NCBI GenBank assembly: GCA_965196985.1
Contig: CBDALO010000010.1
Span: 17,413-41,412, forward strand
DNA length: 24,000 bases
Origin: Gammaproteobacteria bacterium
Lineage (GTDB): Bacteria; Pseudomonadota; Gammaproteobacteria; UBA12402
Direction of reading: 5' to 3'
Each line of letters opens with the position of its first letter. Position 1 is the stretch's first letter. Positions 17,191 through 24,000 of the stretch are shown piece after piece. A program made the translations under genes and the position numbers. Under the pieces are notes generated by a model that had not been told where the DNA came from, searched no databases, and saw nothing but the letters and a program-made list of their open reading frames with translations.

Positions 17191-17475
17191 ATGGGGCTTG
17201 AATTACTCGCTAAGGAAGGAGTGCACTACATGAACCAGGAACAACTTATTAAAGAAGGGTTAGATTATCCAACACTGTTAAAACAGCGCGGCACGGAAGG
17301 CTTGATTAACGCCCTGCTTTTTCTGGTTATTTGGGTCAGTTTTAATCGATGGGTTATGCAAGCCAATTTCACCTATTGGTTAGGTGTACTTTATGGCGGT
17401 GGATTTTTAGGTTTTGCAGCGGTATTTGTTGGATACCCTCGGCTTGCTGCCCAATTTAAACAACGGAGAGATTAA
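17191..17475 (+). CDS. small hypothetical membrane protein (two predicted TM segments)
   Basis: 94-aa ORF. The more likely start is the ATG at 17230, preceded by AAGGAAGGAG. Hydrophobic stretches: LINALLFLVIWVSF and WLGVLYGGGFLGFAAVFVG. The stop codon TAA abuts the GTG start of the next gene. Confidence 0.5.
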   Translation: MGLELLAKEGVHYMNQEQLIKEGLDYPTLLKQRGTEGLINALLFLVIWVSFNRWVMQANFTYWLGVLYGGGFLGFAAVFVGYPRLAAQFKQRRD

Positions 17476-17853
17476 GTGAGTATACGGTTACGCCACCCTT
17501 TTTCAGCGATCATGCTTTTACTCATCACAACGCTATTGATAAGCGAGGCCTCAGCTCAACCAGCACAAACCTTTCGTCGTGCTAAAAAAGAGCTAACCAA
17601 GCTTTACCAACAGCATCCCGAGATACCAACCTTTTATTGTCATGCACCTATTGTCTGGCAAGGGAAAAAAGGCGTACCACAATTAACTAAAGTGGGTTAT
17701 CAGATCAGGAAGCAACCCAAGCGAGCTCATCGTATTGAGTGGGAACATATTATGCCAGCCTATTGGTTTGGTCATCAATTACGTTGTTGGCAGCAAGGTG
17801 GTCGCAAACATTGTGGCCGCACATCAAAGCAGTTCAGGCAGATGGAAGGGGAT
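17476..17853 (+). pseudogene. endA: endonuclease I (EndA/Vvn/Dns family periplasmic nuclease), 3'-truncated by an IS insertion
   Basis: Signal peptide MSIRLRHPFSAIMLLLITTLLISEASA. Family motifs FYCHAP, RIEWEHIMPA and CWQQGGRKHC. The sequence stops at ...QMEGD, where the IS left IR begins (17854), so the DLHNL...N catalytic half is missing. Confidence 0.82.
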
Positions 17854-17929
17854 GTGTAATGTAGTAGGTTTTAACAGCTATCTATGATATTGTGCTGCAG
17901 TCGATTGAGAAAACTACTGGAGCGTCAAA

Positions 17930-18358
17930 ATGAACAAAGGATACCGCATAATCTTCGAATCTATTGATCTCGATAATCCCAGCACAGTTGTTCGCCAATC
18001 TACGTTAATAGAAGAGTCGGTCAAGGTAGCAACAAACTGTTTAGATTTCTCATTAGAGCATGAGAAACAAATTAAACTATTGCAGGCTGCGCTTGATAAT
18101 ATTCTGATAGAAAAAACTGAACTAATCAATAATGATTTACATTTGTGCCCAAAATGTCCAGGTGAATTAATTAAGCAAGGCAAGCGTAAGTCGACATTTC
18201 ACGACGTATTTACTGACCATGAAGTAAAAATGCAACGAGCAAAATGTAATCAGTGTGGCTTTGAACCGGCCTCAACAGTTAGGACTTTTCTTGGTGGCAC
18301 AACGATATCAGGAGACCTTGCAAAACTTCAATCTGAATTAGGGGCCGAACAGACCTTT
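17930..18358 (+). pseudogene. ISKra4-family transposase (type B), N-terminal part
   Basis: Zinc-ribbon CPKCPG...CNQCG, ending ...LQSELGAEQTF at 18358, where the IS1634-like IR starts. It joins in frame to RDAEDIFNKFS... at 21812. Confidence 0.75.
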
Positions 18359-18439
18359 ACCCAACTTTGTCCGTTCTACAATTAAACCTATCCAAATCAA
18401 TGACTTACGTTTTAAAAAAACGTTTAGGGTCACTACAAC

Positions 18440-19382
18440 TTAACAAATTGTTTTTTCAGTGTCCCCAGGTTCTGAATTCATGCCTAACGATTTATAGATC
18501 ACAACTTGCTCTGGAGTTGCCTTAGAGGTTCTTCTAATAGAAAGCAATTTATTATTTTCAAGCTGCATTGTAGTAGTGATACGAACCTGAGTGCTAAAAA
18601 TCTGCCGTATAGTTTGCCAGCTACTATCAATGTTCTGCAATTTAAGTTGATGGCGAATAGTGTGTAGTAAGTGATAAGCAAGAATACTAATAAACAGATG
18701 GGCATCAACTCGCTCTTGCTTTTGATGGTAGATAGGACGCAGGCCTAACTCTGATTTTAATGATCTGAATGCCGATTCAACGTCAGTTAGAGTTGTATAA
18801 ATTCTCCAAATTGTTTTTTCATCTAAATCCATTCTGTTACTACGCAAACAATATGCACCCAGATTCTCAGAGTTAACTTTACTCCAACTGATTTGCGTAA
18901 CCTTATCACCCTCTGAATCAAGCGTGATAGTGTAGCGAGCTGAAACACGTTTATGCCGCTCTTTTATTCGACCTAAACGCAATGTTACTTTCTCAATTGC
19001 TTTCATGCCGGTTTTTTTTAGTGAGTCCATTAGCTAACTTAATTAATTCCTCTTCGAAACGAGCCTCGGCCTTACTAATCATATTTAAGCTTTTTTCTTC
19101 CTTAGCCTGAGAATGGCAGTACAGTAAGACTTCATTTGCTTCAGTATCTTTAACTAATTGCGCTGTAACCGTATTATTTACTGATTCTTTTACTAGCACT
19201 TTATCAATGGTTTCATCGACATCAGGCAATGCTCTACGGCTGACTACGATATAATGGAAACCTTTTTCAGTAAGCCATGAAATATTTTCTTCAGTTGCAA
19301 AACCAGCATCTAGGACAATTATTGCCTCTGGCTGTGCACGAAGCTCAGTTAGTATTTCGGGTAATGTTTTAGGCTCGCTAAC
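18440..19382 (-). pseudogene. IS1634-like transposase, C-terminal half (frameshifted)
   Basis: Motifs IVLDAGFATEEN and YTTLTDVESAFRSLKSELGLRPIYHQKQERVDAHLFI. ORFs 18993-19427 and 18440-19030 join if one A is removed from the A8 run (T8 at 19012-19019 on the plus strand): ...NGLTKKTGMKAIEK.... Confidence 0.82.
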
Positions 19383-20769
19383 GGGTGCTGCCTTTATATA
19401 ATGTAGAAAATATAGCATAATATACACTTTAACTTGATTACGGATGGTGTTTGGATGTTAGCTAGAATTCTCTCTGATGAAAATAATGAATTAACTATTG
19501 AGCTCAAGCTTCCACTAAAAGGATCCATGCTTGAATGTGAGGATGCAATTCTTGACGGCCTTAATGAGGTTGGAACATTAGCCACTGAAAAAGCTTTAAG
19601 TAAGTTTGATGCAGATGGCTCTCCTATCCATGTTGGAAAAATAAAGCTAACAGCACGAAGTAGAGATGAAGCAAATTACCAAACGCCTTATGGAGTTGCT
19701 CGAGTTAAGCGTTATGTTTATCAAACCTCTAAAGGCGGGAAGATCTTTTGTCCTTTAGAAGATAAGGCTAGAATTATCCAAGGATCAACACCGCGATTTG
19801 CAAAAATAATCTCACATAAATACTCAAACTTACCTGCTCCTAGTGTTATTGATGATCTCAAGGTCAATCATAACCGTAAAATCTCACATTCATACTTGCA
19901 ACGGGCAACTGATTTTGTTGGCGGTATTGCACAAGCCAAAGAGGCTGAGTGGGAATATGAAGAGCCAAAGCTTGATGCAGGCATTGAGATGCTAAGTATT
20001 AGCTTAGATGGTGCATATGTTCTCACCGTTGATGATGGTTATAGAGAGAGCATGGTTGGAACTATTTCCATGTATGATAAGCATGGTGCACGCCTGCACA
20101 CAACCTACGTTGCAGCATCACCAGAATATGGAAAAGATGAATTCTTTAATAGGCTTGAAAAGGAAATAAAGCTGAAAAAGAAATATTACCCTGATGCTAA
20201 AACAATTGGCGTTGCTGATGGAGCAAAAAATAATTGGCCATTTCTAAAAAAACATACTGATACGCAAATTTTAGATTTTTGGCATGCAACTGAATATCTC
20301 GGCGAAGCATCAAAGGCAGTATTTACCAAAAAATCTGAAAGAGATGAGCGTGATGTTTGGCTCGAAGAGAGATGTCATGACTTAAAGCACAAGAAAGGTG
20401 CGGCAGGTAGAATACTTGCTGAGCTTAAAGAGCATCTAAATAAAAAACTGAATAAATCGCTTAGAGAAAAGCTAGAAGGAACAATTACGTATTTTGAAAA
20501 TAATATTAAAGAAAAGCGAATGTCGTATCATAATTTGATTAAGCAGAATGCACCAATTGGCTCTGGCGTCACTGAAGCAGCATGTATAACAATTGTTAAA
20601 CAAAGATTAAGGGGATCAGGAATGCGCTGGAAAGACAAGGGAATGAAAATCGTTTTATGCTTGAGAACACTAGTAAAGACTAAAGGCAGATGGGATCAGT
20701 TTTGGGAGAAGGTCAATGATTTTGGCGTGCCAGCAGCAATATAGCCTACATTATATAGAGGCAGCACCC
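19383..20769 (+). mobile_element. ISKra4-like insertion sequence, type A, copy 2 (1387 bp) with an 8-bp TSD
   Basis: Same 24-bp IRs as copy 1 (19383-19406 and 20746-20769). Direct repeats TCGCTAAC at 19375-19382 and 20770-20777. Removal restores the IS1634-like frame (...FFKGNVSE|PKTLPEIL...). Confidence 0.93.
19434..20744 (+). CDS. ISKra4-family (UPF0236-like) DDE transposase
   Basis: 436 aa. Differs from the copy at 3393-4703 at five residues (S9L, S64P, E219A, K385I, G393R). Confidence 0.82.
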   Translation: MITDGVWMLARILSDENNELTIELKLPLKGSMLECEDAILDGLNEVGTLATEKALSKFDADGSPIHVGKIKLTARSRDEANYQTPYGVARVKRYVYQTSKGGKIFCPLEDKARIIQGSTPRFAKIISHKYSNLPAPSVIDDLKVNHNRKISHSYLQRATDFVGGIAQAKEAEWEYEEPKLDAGIEMLSISLDGAYVLTVDDGYRESMVGTISMYDKHGARLHTTYVAASPEYGKDEFFNRLEKEIKLKKKYYPDAKTIGVADGAKNNWPFLKKHTDTQILDFWHATEYLGEASKAVFTKKSERDERDVWLEERCHDLKHKKGAAGRILAELKEHLNKKLNKSLREKLEGTITYFENNIKEKRMSYHNLIKQNAPIGSGVTEAACITIVKQRLRGSGMRWKDKGMKIVLCLRTLVKTKGRWDQFWEKVNDFGVPAAI

Positions 20770-21647
20770 TCGCTAACATTTCCTTTGAAGAATTCACTCC
20801 GTTGCGGGAACCCTGATCCATCCAGCACAAGACCTAAAGAAACAAGCGGACAATCAGACCGCTTCTCCTTTGATCGCCCATGCTGTGCATGATCATTTTG
20901 TAATGCGCGACCTTCAAAGTAGGTATTGGTTATATCGTAGAGAGTGATCACCTGATTTAAACTAAACAGATTTTTCTCACGTTCAAATAATTGATCTTCA
21001 ATCACTTGTTTATGTTTAAGTAACTCATCAGCAGTCTTATAGAATTTCTTGAGTGATAGTTCTGAGAAATCAGTACCCAGTAATTCATCTAGCGCACTTT
21101 GATTGCTTAAATAATAGTGCGTACTCAAATCACTTCCTGGAGCAACTAGCCGCCCAATGATGGTAGCAATCATCAGGTAACATTGTTTTTGATTAAAGCC
21201 CACAGCCCTGAACAATTCTTCAAGTTGTAATTGCCTAGCAGCATGTAAGCCCAACGCCTCAGCTCCAACGTGGCGTATGTCCGCGCTCTCAATGGAGTTA
21301 ACATCCATTGTTTTAAAGTCAGGTTCTACCGCGCTTACTGAATTGAGAGTAATGCTTGTCTCATTCTCTTCTGCACGCTTTGCACGAATGCGTTTTACAT
21401 ACATTTGAGCCTGTTTTTCTAGATGCGCTGGTATTGAAATTAACGAGCCTTGGCCCGTTAAAATTTCCTCAATACGGTCAGCTAGCTATTTCCAACTGTC
21501 CTTCTTTACTGAAAAATTTGCACCAAGATTTAAAATCAGTCTTTGACGTACTTTGCCGTCAGCAGTGCGATGAGTATCAACAAGTCGGTAGGTTGCGTAA
21601 GGCTCACCTGTCCGAGGACTCTTTTGTGTAGAGGTTCGAATATACAT
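20770..21647 (-). pseudogene. IS1634-like transposase, N-terminal half (in-frame stop)
   Basis: The true start is the ATG at 21647: MYIRTSTQKSPRTGEPYATYRLVDTHRTADGKVRQRLILNLG.... There is an in-frame TAG at 21486-21488 (...DSWK*LADRIEEIL...). The sequence continues into ORF 20751-21404 with LYDITNTYFEG and SKEKRSDCPLV. Confidence 0.82.
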
Positions 21648-21808
21648 AACTCAATACTCTCATCACCTTACCAGCCCATGCAACCCCTTATTAACATTAT
21701 GTGTCACTACATCCGAGAATTCATGTTACTAGGCGAGTAAAATCAATGGGTTGAGTTAAAAATAATGCTGAAATTTTTGATTTTCAGGGTGAAATGGCCA
21801 AACTTGGG

Positions 21809-22717
21809 TTTAGAGATGCCGAGGATATTTTTAATAAATTTTCAACTGCACAACGCAAAGTTAACAATCATAATCGAATCAAATTAACAACAGAGCGTGT
21901 TGGCAGCTCATTAAAGTTAGTCAATAAAGAAGAAAAAAACATGTTAAAAGCAGATGAGGCAGAAGAATTAATTTTAAATGTTGATGGTGGTCATGTAAAT
22001 TCAAAAGAGCCTAATTATAGAAGTTTTGAAGCGATGACGGCTGTTTTTTACAAGCCAGATGCTGTCGAAAGCAGTGCGAAAGGCACTAGAAATTTTCTAT
22101 CCAGTAAATCATGCGCTGCATCAACTGCGAACGATAGTGGGAAAGAGATGATTGAAAACACTGTTATAGCTGCTATTAGAGAAGGGATGACACAAAATAC
22201 TCATATTACTGCTCTATGTGATGGTGCTGCAAATTGCTGGAGTATAGTGGATGCATTAAAACCATTATGCAAAACAATCACCTCAATATTAGATTGGTTT
22301 CATATCTCCATGAAAATGCAAAATATCTCATTACCAGATGACATAAAGCCTAAATTCTTACGTATCAAATGGCATTTGTGGCGGGGAAATGTGTCTGCTG
22401 CAATAACTAGGCTTGAGCAATTAAAGGAGCATGCATTTTCTTCAAAATTGTCAGATAAGATTAAAAAATTCATAACATATATTCAAAATAATAAAGACAA
22501 GATTGTTAATTACCGAGAAAGGAAAAAAAATCATCTAGTCTTCACAAGTAATCTTGCGGAGTCCACAGTGGAAAGCCTGATTAACCAAAGGTGCAAGGGT
22601 CAGCAGCACATGAAGTGGACTAGGGAAGGGTTAGACCCGATCCTTCAGCTGCGTGCTCAGATTAACAGTAAAGCATGGTGCTCTAAATGGAAAACTGCTG
22701 TGCTGGGAGCAATATAA
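21809..22717 (+). pseudogene. ISKra4-family transposase (type B), C-terminal part
   Basis: Motifs LNVDGGHV, ALCDGAANCW, LDWFHISMK and TSNLAESTVESLINQR. The MAKLG start in the ORF track (21794) lies inside the IS1634-like IR and is an artefact. The stop TAA forms the first 3 nt of the right IR. Confidence 0.78.
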
Positions 22718-22734
22718 AACCTACTACATTACAC

Positions 22735-23368
22735 TTCCTCTAGGCTATGCGATATGGAAATACAAAAACGACAAACGACAAGATTAGCCAGAAGAATTAG
22801 TGAATCGGGTTTGCCTAAAGGTAAAACACTGAGCTCCTTTAAATTTGATGCTAATGAGTCGATTAACCCCGCACAAATTAACGCCTTGGCTGAAAGTGAT
22901 ACCTGGATCAAGGATGGGAACAACCTAATCATCTTTGGGCCAAGTGGTGTTGGCAAAACGCACCTAGCAGCAGCTGTTGCTTACCGGCAAATTGAGCGAG
23001 GTAGTCGAGTTAAGTGTCAGCAGACCTCCCATCTAGTCCAAACCTTGCAGCAAGCTAAACAGCAATATCGATTAAAAGAGTTGCTCGCTAAACTCGATAA
23101 AATACCGCTACTCATTTTAGATGACATTGGTTACGTTAAAAAAGATGAGCATGAAACAAGTGTTCTTTTTGAGCTCATATGTCAGCGCTATGAAACTGGC
23201 AGCCTTATTATCACAGCTAATCAACCTTTTAGTAAATGGGATAGTATCTTTCCTGAGAATAGTATGGCTGTAGCTGCTATTGATAGACTAGCACATCATG
23301 CTACAGTAATTAATATTACTGGAAAAAGCTATCGCACTAAAGAACATGACAAGAATAAGAAAAAATAA
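22735..23368 (+). pseudogene. istB: IS21-family IstB helper ATPase, N-terminally truncated
   Basis: Walker A GPSGVGKTH, Walker B LLILDDIGY, and C-terminal AIDRLAHHATVINITGKSYR. The frame is open up to the IS boundary at 22734, and about 40 N-terminal residues are missing. No istA is present. Confidence 0.85.
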
Positions 23369-23423
23369 TTTTTTGCCCTAAATCTGCAATCCTAGTTGGC
23401 GCTTACCGCAAAGCTAGTTGACA
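23369..23423 (+). repeat. probable IS21-family right terminus
   Basis: The minus strand from 23423 reads TGTCAACTAGCTTTGCGGTAAGCGCC, which starts with the TGT typical of IS21-family ends. It lies about 55 bp after the istB stop. There is no partner IR in the window. Confidence 0.4.
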
Positions 23424-23424
23424 T

Positions 23425-23757
23425 CTAACATAAGGTGTTGAGTCTTTCCAACGCTGCTGTATTTGCACCACTTTTATCAATGTTAACCTTTTTGGGTAAC
23501 CCGCTTGATCCAATCGCTTTATTAAAAAAAGCTAGAACTGCCTTACGATCACGCTTCTCTGACAGCATAAAATCAACGGTGTTACCGTACTTATCAACTG
23601 CACGATAAAGATAAACTTGCTTGCCATTGACCTTAATATAAGTCTCATCCATCTTCCAACTATCAGCAAGTTTGCGCTTGCTTTTACGAAACTCTTGCTC
23701 AAGCTGGGGCGCATAGCGAACCACCCATTTTTGTACTGTAGAGTGATTGTTACGTCT
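23425..23757 (-). pseudogene. IS6-family (IS26-like) transposase fragment, truncated at both ends
   Basis: Motifs HSTVQKWVVRYAP, WKMDETYIKVNGKQVYLYRAVD (first DDE Asp) and VNIDKSGAN (second Asp). The Glu region and the N-terminal HTH are absent. No IS6-type IR is seen. Confidence 0.8.
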
Positions 23758-23863
23758 ATCTTTATTTAGGGGAATTGAGCTAGTTTTATCTCATAATAAA
23801 CAAGGTTTTTAGTAACCTATCAAGGTAAAATAACTTGATATAAAAACTATAGTGAAATTAGTC

Positions 23864-24000
23864 ATGCGCAGAATCATAAAAGCGATTAAAAGCCTGAGTG
23901 ATTACCTGATCCTGCTGAAAAAAAATCCAGAGCTACTAAGGCCAGAGCAGTGCAGCCATTGCGGTGCAGGTGGACTATGGTCACATGGATCATATGATCG
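23864..24000 (+). CDS. partial ORF running off the window; possible transposase N-terminal zinc ribbon
   Basis: MRRIIKAIKSLSDYLILLKKNPELLRPEQCSHCGAGGLWSHGSYDR. The C-x2-C-G...HG-x-Y-x-R pattern resembles N-terminal zinc fingers of some IS transposases (for example ISL3-like). Only 45 codons are visible. Confidence 0.3.
   Translation, partial: MRRIIKAIKSLSDYLILLKKNPELLRPEQCSHCGAGGLWSHGSYD

Larger units (their letters stand above)
18359..21809 (-). mobile_element. IS1634-like (IS4-superfamily) insertion sequence, native ~2.05 kb, itself interrupted by ISKra4-like type A copy 2
   Basis: Imperfect terminal IRs, about 20/28: ACCCAACTTTGTCCGTTCTACAATTAAA (18359-) versus the reverse complement of the right end, ACCCAAGTTTGGCCATTTCACCCTGAAA (-21809). 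Flanked by a T-run (TT or TTT), a possible 2-3-bp TSD. Removal restores the type B transposase frame exactly. Confidence 0.72.
17854..22734 (+). mobile_element. ISKra4-family insertion sequence, type B (native length ~1428 bp), carrying a nested IS1634-like element; no TSD
   Basis: 20-bp perfect IRs: GTGTAATGTAGTAGGTTTTA (17854-17873) and TAAAACCTACTACATTACAC (22715-22734). The flanks AAGGGGAT and TTCCTCTA differ. The left flank is endA and the right flank is istB. Confidence 0.8.

Noticed and set aside
18394-18402. AAATCAATG at 18394-18402 and 21740-21748 (with GTCACTACA at 18429-18437 and 21703-21711) first looked like target-site duplications bounding the IS1634-like element.
   Set aside because: Neither pair restores the interrupted ISKra4-type B reading frame, and no inverted repeats lie next to them. 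The imperfect IRs at 18359 and 21809 do restore the frame exactly. The 9-mers are therefore subterminal sequences inside the IS1634-like element. Their direct orientation in mirror order is unexplained and could be chance or binding sites.
3342-20769. The two direct ISKra4-type A copies could bound a composite transposon.
   Set aside because: Copy 2 has its own private 8-bp TSD inside another IS. Copy 1 has unrelated flanks, and no shared outer duplication exists.
21356-21740. Plus-strand ORFs 21356-21631 and 21543-21740.
   Set aside because: The minus strand here encodes the conserved N-terminus of the IS1634-like transposase (MYIRTSTQKSPRTGEPYATYRLV...). The plus-strand ORFs are antisense artefacts.
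22729-22956. 75-aa minus-strand ORF overlapping istB, and the 78-aa ORF at 10409-10645 overlapping the tnpA end and IS4 IR.
   Set aside because: They are antisense to motif-supported genes and span element junctions.
1-24000. CRISPR arrays, tRNA or rRNA genes, and tandem repeats.
   Set aside because: Every long repeat I found is accounted for by IS or intron copies, or by their IRs and TSDs. I saw no regularly spaced short repeats and no cloverleaf-like or rRNA-like sequence.

Overview
This window is almost entirely mobile DNA. I count 16-17 insertions or remnants from about 12 element families, nested inside one another. There is no rRNA, tRNA or CRISPR array, and I see no recognisable defence or metabolic operon. 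Map, left to right: (1) A TniA/TniB-type (Mu/Tn552-like) DDE transposase plus AAA+ ATPase pair on the minus strand (82-3341). An IS110-family element is inserted between the two genes, and the transposase N-terminus is cut off by (2). (2) A 1387-bp ISKra4-like IS (3342-4728). (3) A 286-bp 5' fragment of a group II intron in minus orientation (4729-5014). (4) The remains of a Tn3-family tnpA (5015-10541) and its terminal IR. It is interrupted by a complete group II intron (5980-7994), an IS91-family element (8049-9620) and an IS4-family element (10606-12055, inside the IR). (5) An IS3-family element (12070-~15037, minus strand), truncated by the Tn3 end and split by an IS66-like element (12225-14171). 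(6) A second complete copy of the group II intron (15108-17123). (7) The only apparent host DNA: a small membrane-protein gene and a truncated endonuclease I gene (17191-17853). (8) A second ISKra4-family element (17854-22734), split by an IS1634-like element (18359-21809), which is itself split by a second copy of the 1387-bp IS (19383-20769). (9) An IS21 istB remnant, an IS6 transposase fragment, and the start of another zinc-ribbon ORF at the right edge. Several boundaries are defined to the base by inverted repeats, target-site duplications and restoration of reading frames. I did not find a clearly new biological system. The observations most worth follow-up are: the group II intron sitting in frame one codon before the first catalytic Asp of the Tn3 transposase; a second, antisense copy of the same intron in the same gene; the three-level IS nest; the IS110 element with a structured 5' leader (candidate bridge RNA) between tniA and tniB; and junctions without target-site duplications that imply IS-mediated deletions. 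All family assignments rest on motifs read by eye. No database search was run.
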